Part shown: positions 54,601 to 62,796 of the stretch, one piece after another
Layout of the letters: the number at the start of each line of letters is the position of its first letter
Numbering within the stretch: the stretch's first letter is position 1
NCBI GenBank assembly: GCA_024277615.1
Contig: JAJRUW010000075.1
Location: 11,012-75,011 of the forward strand
Length of the DNA stretch: 64,000 nt
Reading direction: 5' to 3'
DNA from: Fidelibacterota bacterium
GTDB taxonomy: Bacteria > Fidelibacterota > Marinisomatia > SCGC-AAA003-L08 > JACNLC01
Position numbers and translations under genes: made by a program
Notes under the pieces: generated by a model
Databases searched by the model: none
What the model was told of the DNA's origin: nothing
Seen by the model: the letters and a program-made list of their open reading frames with translations, nothing else

Positions 54601-55318
54601 CTTTTGTACCATCATTTTTAATATCGTGAAGAATGAAAACCACATCTTCGATGAGGATCTGTTTCCACTCCATTACCCTGACGCCGGTGAGAAAACCGGC
54701 ACCCTGGCGGGAATAGTCGGTCGTATCGGGGATATAGGTGTATCCGTCGCGAAAGTTGCGGTCATCGGACACCTTATAATAAATCTCCTGCTCAGCACTG
54801 AATTGATTCTTTCCGAAATAACCGTTCCACGATCCTGACCAGCCGGGATCACTGGAATCTTCCATTTTATCAGGCCAGGTTTCAGGCCAGCTGTCAAGAT
54901 CGTCACTAATAGCAATTTTATCTGAATTTGGATTCAGATAGCCCGGTACCGGCTCCCAGGATTTTGAACTGCCGCTTTGGTCTTCCCTAAAGGTAATTGT
55001 GACCAGTGGTTTATAAACGCCCTCTTCCATGAGAACTTCTCCGCCAACGCTCAGAGCCGTCATGGCAACATACATACGGCCTGAGTTAACCGGCCATTCG
55101 TAGGGGATTTCGCCTACATTGGCGCCGGTTCTGCCGGTTATACCAAAATTGAAAACTGAGGTTCTGACTTTATTGACATCCTCATTTGTGGTGCGCCTGT
55201 AATTAGGATCTCCCCGCTCATCTGATGGAACATGTTCGCCGGCTTCGTACTGAGCAAAAACGAGCGACGCTCCTGTAAAAAGAATTGCAAAAGCTTTTTT
55301 CATTGTCTTTCCTACCAT
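51653..55318 (-). CDS. large secreted protein (1221 aa) with acidic IDNDGDG-type (thrombospondin-type-3/dockerin-like Ca-binding) motifs, encoded directly downstream of the TonB-dependent receptor
   Basis: Signal peptide MKKAFAILFTGASLVFAQ (the start may be ATG 55303). Motifs DRIDNDGDGE, SIDDNRNGLIDEN, ADNIDNNADPE and ADGIDNDLDGAIDEGIDEGIDEMIDESRDDFIDNDGD. No catalytic family recognised. Confidence 0.8.
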   Translation of the reverse strand: MVGKTMKKAFAILFTGASLVFAQYEAGEHVPSDERGDPNYRRTTNEDVNKVRTSVFNFGITGRTGANVGEIPYEWPVNSGRMYVAMTALSVGGEVLMEEGVYKPLVTITFREDQSGSSKSWEPVPGYLNPNSDKIAISDDLDSWPETWPDKMEDSSDPGWSGSWNGYFGKNQFSAEQEIYYKVSDDRNFRDGYTYIPDTTDYSRQGAGFLTGVRVMEWKQILIEDVVFILHDIKNDGTKDIDKVSFSLWLADMVGGDGDTMDDTPDFDLMNDVAWSMDNCIPGDCTGNSAFNGEPTGVAATSFIETPGNNVDRIDNDGDGEEAGPFVSRELACGEDLICPGDLDYIVADPGEEDLANSIDDNRNGLIDENLTHIPFGNQLGVSFADKIDNDNSSPEAADPGCAVITEQIIADAASDFINLDGVLFHWFRWPPVPETDELQDSTIHLIMVGDEDLGLAFADNIDNNADPEAPYALEYPFGTGADVGGPVVTQEMIDEAATDPYLRYKVPGTNIILYQLEENDLGKPYADGIDNDLDGAIDEGIDEGIDEMIDESRDDFIDNDGDWTTEDDVGLFGDGSGGPSEGTGDLKPTSGSGTGFQGEPDIDKTDVSESDQMGLTAVGYDPAGSIPTGSDQSLWNFYMTPGYFWQPPPGGQPPGDYDLFVTSGFFPLKAGQTERIAMAVCLGNDQADAIRNKAVAQTTYDFDYQFAKSPVPPHVTAVPGDGKVTLYWDTVSENSEDNYMKKITDGAVFRDFEGYKIYRATDFEFKDALKITDGEGNPTFFAPYSQGGVDAQWDLVDGITGFHEVALNGVQFQLGSDTGLQHSYVDENVVNGQTYYYAVVAYDYGGDLSNEIIPSDSPMRLRVNSINGVLELGPNVVEVVPTPPSAGYIEADSGIEIEHVQGTSSGEVYYSIIDPMRIQPYHRYQISFTDTIFENHQGSVGYDTLTTKYWFLTDLTTGDTLVKPEWEYFDTDSVIYDQGQPITITLRDSVYANPLPQGDDFDVIDGFRLKFTNVEALYFNEDRSYWSNDSLVPFDLRKYDLDIPYVIGTPLPADYRVIFSDSNEFESDCFCANPIFSDPCGPGGSSIYCASRFYENQAVNFKVQKQVSSTGDDAADWIDIPFLFGDFTPSGGDGIFGNTETDYDAIVFMDHSDADGNPAPSWTFRMVNPPAGDLQHVIRFPQPGDTAYVFVEKPFLSRDIFEFTTQPSSIDEDAAKRDLK

Positions 55319-58300
55319 GATAATTCCAGTCCGATTTGTATTTCACGCGGCGGTGAATACCACTCCGGGTGATTAAAATAATCTTCGATTGTATTTGGTC
55401 TTAAAGGTTGAGGTGCAGCAGCTTCCAAAGACAAGGCGGAGGCCTCCTCGATGGTCCTGTTAGCCCTGCCTGTGTCCGTCCAGATATTGATTTCATTTCT
55501 TTTGTCGAAGAGGTTGCGAATATTCAAATAGACCCGGCCACCGGCGAAATTACCGACCCTGATCTGCTGGATCAGTTTAAGGTCGAAATTCAGTGTGGGC
55601 TGTTTACGCCGGCTATTGTTAGGCAGATCGTTGACAATGTTCTGGCCTGAGTTTGAGTAAGTGACAATCGTCGGTGTGTATGGATAACCGCTGCCAAACT
55701 GCATCAGGAGATCCGCTCCAAATCCGCCCTGGCTGAAGTATAATTCGCCGTTTAGTGTATGCCGCTGATCCCAGTCCAGAGGCAGGATAAACCTCGTCGG
55801 TTCGGGAACGCCTTCCCCGCCTGTGAGAGAAGCATATTCCTGCCCGGGATCGGAATTAGAACCTTCCGCTACCTGAAAAGTGTAATCCAGATGCCAGCTG
55901 TAATGATCACTGAAGCGTTTGTCCACAGCAGCGATGATACCCCTCACATTTGAATAATCTTTATTTACATAAGTATAGTAAGTCTGTCCGCTGATACCCA
56001 GATCAATGGGTACTCCGGTAGATACCCAGTCCCTTACATCACGATAGTATCCAGTCACTTCCAGCTTAAGAGAATTGGTAAGTTCCTGCTGTAAACCCAG
56101 TTCGTAGCTCTGGGTACGTTGAGGTTTCAATTCCGGATTACCGAAAATTCCCGAGATTGAGGCTGTTTCATTAATAACATAGCCGGGGTTTTTATAAAGC
56201 AGCTCAAACTGAGGTATCTGGAAAAAGTAACCGTAACTGAAATGAATGACACCTGTCTCCGATATTGGATAAGCGATACCCAGCCGGGGACTGATTTGCG
56301 AAGTGGTTTTTGTCTTGCGCCACCAGCCCCGTTTAGTTTTCAGAGTCTCTTTATTTGGATAATCACCGAAATCCCCGTACATATACCAGGTTGTATCCAG
56401 ACCGTCAATGCTGGTAACATAGTACGATGTATCTCCCCAATCGATATTCAACAAATCGTTTAATCTTCCTTCGACCAGCAGTGAATCCAGACGGGGGTCC
56501 ATGGGGTTATAAAAAAACGGATCGTGAATATTTACCGGCATGAAACTGTTGGGGTCGAAATAGTCGTACCGGACTCCCAGATTGACGATCATATCACCGT
56601 ATTCGATTTTATCCTGCATGTAGGCTGAAAACTCCCGGGGTTCATTGACATAATAATGACCGAAAAGAACGAAGGGGCCGGCAAAATGCAATTTGGCCAC
56701 CCATGAGGGAATATTCCCGGAAAGCGGATCAAGACCACCCTGAACCAGCAGATTTGAGACATCAATGAGTTCAGGTACGAGCGGGTCATAGAGCTGATCA
56801 TTGGTCAGGTCGATGGGCGTAGCATCCTCCATCTGAAGTTTGTGCTGCTTAAAGTCAAGTCCCAATTTGACCTGATTGTATTTATTCATCTGGCTGGTCA
56901 GATCTATCTTGAACTGGATTGTATTTGTCTCTCTGCGAAAATGATTACCGTCCACCCCCCAGCGACCGAAGGAGTAATTGGGATTATAACGGGCGTAATT
57001 TTCTCCGTATTCGGCCCTGATATAATTGGGAACTTCTTCGTCGGAATGTGCCCAGAACAGGCTGTCCGGGGTGACATAGCGCGGATCATAAGGATCTTCA
57101 TATAGATAGGATTTAAAAACTTTTTTAAACTGCGATAGATTCACTTCTATAAAAGTCCTTGAGGAAAATGAGTGGGAGAGATTCAAACCTTTAAAGTCGC
57201 CGATATCATAATCGGTTTTCCGGCCGTCCTGAGCCATTTGGCGTGCATGATCGTAATTCTGTTTCCGCTGGAAAGAATAGATAAAATTAAATTTTAATTT
57301 AGTTTTGGGTGAGAACTTCAAAGTGAGCTTGTTCTGAGTTGACCACTTTTCCAGCCAGTTCATACCCTTGTAGTAGGGCGTTCTCAAAGGCTCTGCCGGG
57401 TCCCACTGTCCGTTACCAGTATCGTTAAAAGGTTCACCCCGGTCATAGACACCGTTTTCGTTTTGATCTTCAAAACTTTCACCCTCGTCCCAGATGCCGT
57501 TCCCCCGGTCAGCGAAAGTTTCTCCTGCATCCCAATTTGGCTTTGTTATGCTTTCATCCCAGACGAACTTTTCACCACTGTCCCATTTACGATTTCCGAC
57601 TATATCGGTGAAGGGCTCACCCTGATCCCAGATTCCGTTGGCGTTTTGGTCTTCATAAGGATCTCCTTCATCCCAGCGACCATTCCCCCTGTCGAGAAAC
57701 TGACCGTTTATCACCCATTTCTGGTTCTGTTCATCAAAATAGTTCTCGGCAAAATCGCGGAATCGATTGCCATTTTTATCCGTAAACAGGGTGTCTCCGT
57801 ACATGGTGAAAGTGTTAAGACCATTCAGCCAGCCGTCAGACCTGAAATAGCGTCCTGAACTGTAAAAAGTGATTTTGTTTTTCCAGAGTGGACCTGATAG
57901 ACTGCCCTCAAAATCAATGTCATTGACCGGATCATAGGAATTTAAATCCCGGTAAATGGGATCAAAAGAAAAATGATCTCCGGAGTAGTAGCTCAGGCCG
58001 CCGTCGAAGCGATTTCCACCGTCTTTAGTGACCATATTGATAATTCCGGACATGGCCTTTCCGTATTCGGCATTGAAGGTTCCGCTGATGACCTGGAGTT
58101 CCTGAATATTGTTATTTTCAATATTGACCGAGAGCCCGCCGTTAAAGACATCCGTCATAGAGACACCGTCAACCATGTAAACAACCTCGCTGGTACGTCC
58201 TCCCCGGATATGTATGCCGCCTCCGGCATCCTGGGTTACGCCGCCCTGGAGTTTAATCACGTCCCCCACATCCGTAATGGGCATGACATCCAGCTGTTTG

Positions 58301-58704
58301 GAAGAAATTCGGGACTCTGAATTCGTCACATCAAACTGAATTACTTTTGCAGCTGCATTGACTGTTACCTCGGCGCCTTCCAGCGCCTGGACATTTAATT
58401 TAAAATTCTGGTGGGTGGTCTTGTCAATATTAATGACCACATCCGTAACGGTTGCAATCTGATAACCGATCATCATAGCCCTGATGCGATAGGAACCCGG
58501 AGGCAGATTCATTATTAAATATTCACCCTGAGCATCAGTAGCTGTGCCGATATCGCTGTCTTCGACCATAATATTGCAGCCCACCAGTGCCTCGCCGGTC
58601 CTGCCGTCGGTAACCTTTCCTACCAGCTTTCCGGTTGTCCCCCCGATGAGCAGATTAAAGATTATGACTCCTATAGCCAGCTTAATAATTCTTATAATTC
58701 CCAT
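55312..58704 (-). CDS. TonB-dependent receptor (CarboxypepD_reg + plug + 22-strand-type barrel) with a repeat insertion
   Basis: GKLVGKVTDGRTGEALVGCNIMV (CarboxypepD_reg), plug region ..VIKLQGGVTQD..IHIRGGRTSEVVYMVDG.., and a C-terminal ..REIQIGLELSW. Confidence 0.9.
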   Translation of the reverse strand: MGIIRIIKLAIGVIIFNLLIGGTTGKLVGKVTDGRTGEALVGCNIMVEDSDIGTATDAQGEYLIMNLPPGSYRIRAMMIGYQIATVTDVVINIDKTTHQNFKLNVQALEGAEVTVNAAAKVIQFDVTNSESRISSKQLDVMPITDVGDVIKLQGGVTQDAGGGIHIRGGRTSEVVYMVDGVSMTDVFNGGLSVNIENNNIQELQVISGTFNAEYGKAMSGIINMVTKDGGNRFDGGLSYYSGDHFSFDPIYRDLNSYDPVNDIDFEGSLSGPLWKNKITFYSSGRYFRSDGWLNGLNTFTMYGDTLFTDKNGNRFRDFAENYFDEQNQKWVINGQFLDRGNGRWDEGDPYEDQNANGIWDQGEPFTDIVGNRKWDSGEKFVWDESITKPNWDAGETFADRGNGIWDEGESFEDQNENGVYDRGEPFNDTGNGQWDPAEPLRTPYYKGMNWLEKWSTQNKLTLKFSPKTKLKFNFIYSFQRKQNYDHARQMAQDGRKTDYDIGDFKGLNLSHSFSSRTFIEVNLSQFKKVFKSYLYEDPYDPRYVTPDSLFWAHSDEEVPNYIRAEYGENYARYNPNYSFGRWGVDGNHFRRETNTIQFKIDLTSQMNKYNQVKLGLDFKQHKLQMEDATPIDLTNDQLYDPLVPELIDVSNLLVQGGLDPLSGNIPSWVAKLHFAGPFVLFGHYYVNEPREFSAYMQDKIEYGDMIVNLGVRYDYFDPNSFMPVNIHDPFFYNPMDPRLDSLLVEGRLNDLLNIDWGDTSYYVTSIDGLDTTWYMYGDFGDYPNKETLKTKRGWWRKTKTTSQISPRLGIAYPISETGVIHFSYGYFFQIPQFELLYKNPGYVINETASISGIFGNPELKPQRTQSYELGLQQELTNSLKLEVTGYYRDVRDWVSTGVPIDLGISGQTYYTYVNKDYSNVRGIIAAVDKRFSDHYSWHLDYTFQVAEGSNSDPGQEYASLTGGEGVPEPTRFILPLDWDQRHTLNGELYFSQGGFGADLLMQFGSGYPYTPTIVTYSNSGQNIVNDLPNNSRRKQPTLNFDLKLIQQIRVGNFAGGRVYLNIRNLFDKRNEINIWTDTGRANRTIEEASALSLEAAAPQPLRPNTIEDYFNHPEWYSPPREIQIGLELSW
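57390..57700 (-). repeat. coding repeats of an ~11-12-aa NGxWDxGEPFxD motif inside the receptor
   Basis: RGNGRWDEGDPYEDQNANGIWDQGEPFTDIVGNRKWDSGEKFVWDESITKPNWDAGETFADRGNGIWDEGESFEDQNENGVYDRGEPFNDTGNGQWDPAEP. Confidence 0.8.
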
Positions 58705-58756
58705 ATTTAGATTTCCAACTTATTGTGGCCGCCTGGTTTTGTCAGGCAGTCTGATT

Positions 58757-60034
58757 CTACATTATGAATGATGCTAATAATTCTTTATTGACCTCTATTG
58801 CCGTGTGGTCCTTCAAATTGTTAATGAAATCGATGTATAATTTTCTTTTCACCACTTCACTGGCCGTATCTCCCTGTGCCGCCTGGATGCGGGAGACCAG
58901 CAGACTCAGTATACGCCGTGATTTACGCTCCTGAAGATTTGCCACAAAATCAGGAGTCTTCAACCATTGCGATGCTTCAATGCGATTGAATATTTCCTCT
59001 CTGACTGAAAGCCCGACGAGCATTTCGTGAAGATCATCCGGAGTCTTAATTTGACGGCGCTGTGTATCCCGTGTGAGGCGCAGTTTTTCAGCGAGTTTGG
59101 CAAAATCCCAATCAAAATATTTTGTTTTCAAATGGACGTTACGCAAATTCCGATCTCTGAAAACCGACAGGTTGCGCTTTGCAAATATGGCCTCCAGGTT
59201 CTCAAACAAAAGCTGCAAGTCCTTATCACTGATCTGCAGGTCAAGTGTGCCGGCCACTTCGTCAGTGTAGGCTTTCACCAGCTTCTGCAACTTTCGGTTT
59301 TTTACTTTCGTCTCGAAATCGGTTTTATGAAGCTGATAATCCTGTTCGGTGATAAAGGGCTCATATTCACGGTCAATCACCTGCAGGATGCTGTATCCCC
59401 AGGCAGTTTTAACGGGATCTGATATTTGTCCGTCATCCAGAGAATAGGCCGCATCTTCAAAAGCCGGATCCATCTCATCATAAGTAAAATAGCCTAGATC
59501 ACCACCTGAATTCGCCAGGGCTGAATCCTGAAAGGTTTCCCTGGCAAGAGCTTCAAATGTTTCCCCCTTTTTCAGACGGTTCCTCAAGGTCCGGGCTTCT
59601 TCCATGGAACGGGCGTACAGGTGCCTGGCATGGATTTTTATTTTCGATCGACGAAAGGCTTCCCGAATATCCGCATCAGCAACTTTATAAGGATCAGCTA
59701 ATTCCTTTTGGTAGAACTGATTCAGAATGATTTGGCCGGTGGCAGCGGAGACAGATTCTTTGATTTCCGGTAATTCCGAAAATCCGGAAGTATCTGCATA
59801 AGTTGTGAGAATCATTTTCTCAATCTCGTTTTTCACAAAAACATTCCTGCTCATGAGATTATCCTCAACATGTGTAAAAGTCAAAAAATCGCTGTAATCG
59901 GTTTTAAAACTTTCAAGGTCAAGCGTCTGGTCTCCCACACGAGCGAGGTAATCCTGTTGTTGGTCAGGCAGATGTGAACAGCCTAACAAGAGGGCCAAAG
60001 CCATTCCTGCCATACCGGTTTTACTGCTGCGCAT
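58757..60034 (-). CDS. parvulin-type peptidyl-prolyl isomerase lipoprotein (SurA/PpiD-like)
   Basis: Lipoprotein signal MRSSKTGMAGMALALLLGC at ATG 60034 (the longer ORF to 60178 overlaps the upstream gene). PpiC domain IHARHLY...SGGDLGYFTYDEMDPAFEDAAYSL..GQISDPVKTAWGYSILQV. Confidence 0.8.
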   Translation of the reverse strand: MRSSKTGMAGMALALLLGCSHLPDQQQDYLARVGDQTLDLESFKTDYSDFLTFTHVEDNLMSRNVFVKNEIEKMILTTYADTSGFSELPEIKESVSAATGQIILNQFYQKELADPYKVADADIREAFRRSKIKIHARHLYARSMEEARTLRNRLKKGETFEALARETFQDSALANSGGDLGYFTYDEMDPAFEDAAYSLDDGQISDPVKTAWGYSILQVIDREYEPFITEQDYQLHKTDFETKVKNRKLQKLVKAYTDEVAGTLDLQISDKDLQLLFENLEAIFAKRNLSVFRDRNLRNVHLKTKYFDWDFAKLAEKLRLTRDTQRRQIKTPDDLHEMLVGLSVREEIFNRIEASQWLKTPDFVANLQERKSRRILSLLVSRIQAAQGDTASEVVKRKLYIDFINNLKDHTAIEVNKELLASFIM

Positions 60035-61886
60035 AGATAATAATTCCTTTAGCCGGTATGATAGATTCGTTCTCGTTAACGGCAGGATTTGCGAGAATAC
60101 GCTGCCAGCTCTGTTTTGCATTCCGGGTATTTTCCAGCAGCTGCGAAATTTCAAAGGGTTCAGCCGTTTTCGAGGCATTAAAAACGCAGATGAGGGCTTC
60201 GTCAGGCAATTCCCTTTTGAAGGCGAATATCAGGCGTCGATCATCTGCCAGTAAAACCTCATAGCTGCCACGACGCAGGGACTCATGTTCTCTGCGTAAG
60301 CGGATCATCTGCCGGTAAAAGGATAGCAGATCATTATCCACATTAACGGAGTCCCGGGGTCTTGGCAAACCGAAAGGATGGTGCGTCTCATCTTCATAAG
60401 TCAAATCCGCCCATACCATGGGTTTGCGTTCATCAGGATCGTCCGCGCCCCACATACCGACCTCGTCACCGTAATAAATATAGGGCGCTCCGGGGAATGT
60501 AAACTGAAAAGCCAGACCAATTTTCTGTTTGCGTCTCTCGTCTGCATTGGGTTTGCGTACCAGGTAATCTTTTTCATATTGCACATTATTGGCATGGTCG
60601 ATCCACCTGTCGGGATTCACGCAGGCTGAGGCAAAACGTTCATTGTCGTGACTGCCGATCAGATTTTGAATTTGAAGCATTGTGGGATAACCGTAATCTG
60701 AAATTATTCCATCCAGGAGACTGCCGAAAGCTGTGGCGTTGATCTGTTTTTGCTCAAAGAGAAAAAACTTGTAGATTGCATCACCAAAACGATAATTCAT
60801 CACCGCATCGAAGGCATCGCCCTGCAGCCACGGTGCTGCATTGAACATAATATTGTGCTCGTAATCTTTCCACCATACTTCTCCGGTGAGGTAACTGTCG
60901 GGGTTGATCGCAGTGGTCCAGCTACGGAACTTCCGCCAGAAATTCAGGGGTACCATATCGGCTACATCCAGGCGCCAGCCATCGATACCATCAGAAGGAT
61001 CGCCATCCCCGTTTGGATCCATCCAGCGTCTGACCACGGCATGAATATGCTCTTCGATTGGTGGTATCAGTCCCGCCTTATCTTCCTTCAGTTCGGCGAG
61101 GTCCTTAATACCGAACCAGCCTTCATAGGAAAACTCGTTTTCGGCCGTCTCCGGATCATCCCAGCTGGTAATCGTAAACCAGTCTTTGTAGAGACTTTCA
61201 GGACCATTTTTGCGTACATCCTCCAGGGCCCAGAACGGAATACCCACATGGTTAAAAACACCGTCGATGATGATGTGCATATCCCGCTTATGGACTTCCC
61301 TGACCAGTTTTAAAAAGAGTTTATCGGCCGATGTCCAGGTCCAGGTGTCGGGGTCGCCGGGGTTTTCAGTTTTCCAGAGGGCGGCATCACCGGCCGGATC
61401 AGGGCCAAAATTATTGTCGATGTGATGATAATATACAGCACCGTATTTGTGAGATGAAGGCGATTCAAAAACAGGGTTCAGGTAAATAGCGTTGATACCA
61501 AGTGACACCAGATAATCCAGTTCATCAATGATGCCCTGCAGATCCCCCCCATACCGCCTTAACTGGGCATTATAGTAAAAGCCTTGGCCATTTGCAGCCT
61601 CCCAGGGCTGCAGCTTATACCAGTCATCAGTCCAGGGAGTGATCTGCCAATAGGTTTGAACATCATAAGGCCAGGTTCCTGCCAGGGTTTCAATGGTGGG
61701 ATCGTTGGTGGTATCGCCATTCCTGAAGCGTTCAGGGAATATCTGATACCACACAGCGTCCCCGGCCCATACCGGCCCGGCAGTGGTTTTTTTATTTTTA
61801 GCATGTTGGAGGAAACAGCCCGCCAGAAGCAGCACCAGTAATAAAAAACCGGTTTTGTTAAAATGTTTAATTTGGCTGTTTAGCAT
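60021..61886 (-). CDS. GH13 lipoprotein, neopullulanase/cyclomaltodextrinase-like alpha-amylase family
   Basis: Lipobox at ATG 61886 (LLLAGC). Motifs WYQIFPERFRNGD, GINAIYLNPVFESPSSHKYG, DGVFNHVG, DGWRLDVA, GEVW and GSHDNERF. Confidence 0.9.
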   Translation of the reverse strand: MLNSQIKHFNKTGFLLLVLLLAGCFLQHAKNKKTTAGPVWAGDAVWYQIFPERFRNGDTTNDPTIETLAGTWPYDVQTYWQITPWTDDWYKLQPWEAANGQGFYYNAQLRRYGGDLQGIIDELDYLVSLGINAIYLNPVFESPSSHKYGAVYYHHIDNNFGPDPAGDAALWKTENPGDPDTWTWTSADKLFLKLVREVHKRDMHIIIDGVFNHVGIPFWALEDVRKNGPESLYKDWFTITSWDDPETAENEFSYEGWFGIKDLAELKEDKAGLIPPIEEHIHAVVRRWMDPNGDGDPSDGIDGWRLDVADMVPLNFWRKFRSWTTAINPDSYLTGEVWWKDYEHNIMFNAAPWLQGDAFDAVMNYRFGDAIYKFFLFEQKQINATAFGSLLDGIISDYGYPTMLQIQNLIGSHDNERFASACVNPDRWIDHANNVQYEKDYLVRKPNADERRKQKIGLAFQFTFPGAPYIYYGDEVGMWGADDPDERKPMVWADLTYEDETHHPFGLPRPRDSVNVDNDLLSFYRQMIRLRREHESLRRGSYEVLLADDRRLIFAFKRELPDEALICVFNASKTAEPFEISQLLENTRNAKQSWQRILANPAVNENESIIPAKGIIIYAQQ

Positions 61887-61908
61887 GGTGTTAAAATTAG
61901 TAACTCTG

Positions 61909-62796
61909 TTATGAGTTACCAACCCCTTTTTTTGCCAGATCCGCTGCTCCGAGTTTTGCGGACAACTCTTTTTTCCGGCTCTCGGAAATCGGAGTCGAAA
62001 AGTGGGCATAAGCCGGTGAATGTGCTTTGAGCTCTTCTTTAAGAGCCTCTACGAAAAAGCCGTATGCAGCTGAAATCCCGCCGCCAATAACTACCCTGTG
62101 AGGATCAAAGATATTGACAATATGCGAAATAAACAGACCAACTCTGCTCCCGTAGATTTCCCAGATCGCCAGAGCTGCCGCATTTCCGTCGGCCGCGAGG
62201 GTGCAGAGTTCTGCAGGAGACAGCCTGTGGCCAAATTTCAGGTAACTCTGCTCTTCAAGAAAACGGATGGAAATCCCTTCTTCCCAGCGCCCCCAATTTA
62301 CAGGTGAGATGCCATACTCGGCAGCCATACCATGTGCGCCTGTGTAGCAGGCACCATCCATAACAACCCCCAGACCGGTACCGGTACCTAAGGTAATACC
62401 CACCAGAATCCCCTGATTCGAACCCAACTGAAGGAACTCTCCCATAGCGAACAGATTGGCATCATTTTCTATCATAACCGGGACTTCAAGGTATTCTTTA
62501 AGGCGTTGTGCTACGGGGTAATTTTGAAACAATTTCAAATTGGGAGTCTCTAGTATTGTCCCGGCTTTTGCATCCAGCGGCCCGGGACAGGCAAGCCCTA
62601 CTCCTCCGAGCGTAATCAAATCTTTACCGGCGAGTGTATTGATCTGGTTCCCGATCCCTAGTATGAGCTCATCTCCGCTGTTAAAGTCATTGATGAGGCC
62701 CTTAGGTGACGAACGCAGTAAATTCAAATTCGCATCAAACAATGAACTGGAGAAGGTCGTCCCTCCAATATCGGTGCCGATAAAGACGGACTTCAC
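61909..62796 (-). CDS. ROK-family sugar kinase (glucokinase-like)
   Basis: IGTDIGGTTF ATP motif and ..GLACPGPLD...ENDANLFAMGE... ROK signature. It overlaps the upstream GH13 stop by 4 nt. Confidence 0.85.
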   Translation of the reverse strand: MKSVFIGTDIGGTTFSSSLFDANLNLLRSSPKGLINDFNSGDELILGIGNQINTLAGKDLITLGGVGLACPGPLDAKAGTILETPNLKLFQNYPVAQRLKEYLEVPVMIENDANLFAMGEFLQLGSNQGILVGITLGTGTGLGVVMDGACYTGAHGMAAEYGISPVNWGRWEEGISIRFLEEQSYLKFGHRLSPAELCTLAADGNAAALAIWEIYGSRVGLFISHIVNIFDPHRVVIGGGISAAYGFFVEALKEELKAHSPAYAHFSTPISESRKKELSAKLGAADLAKKGVGNS

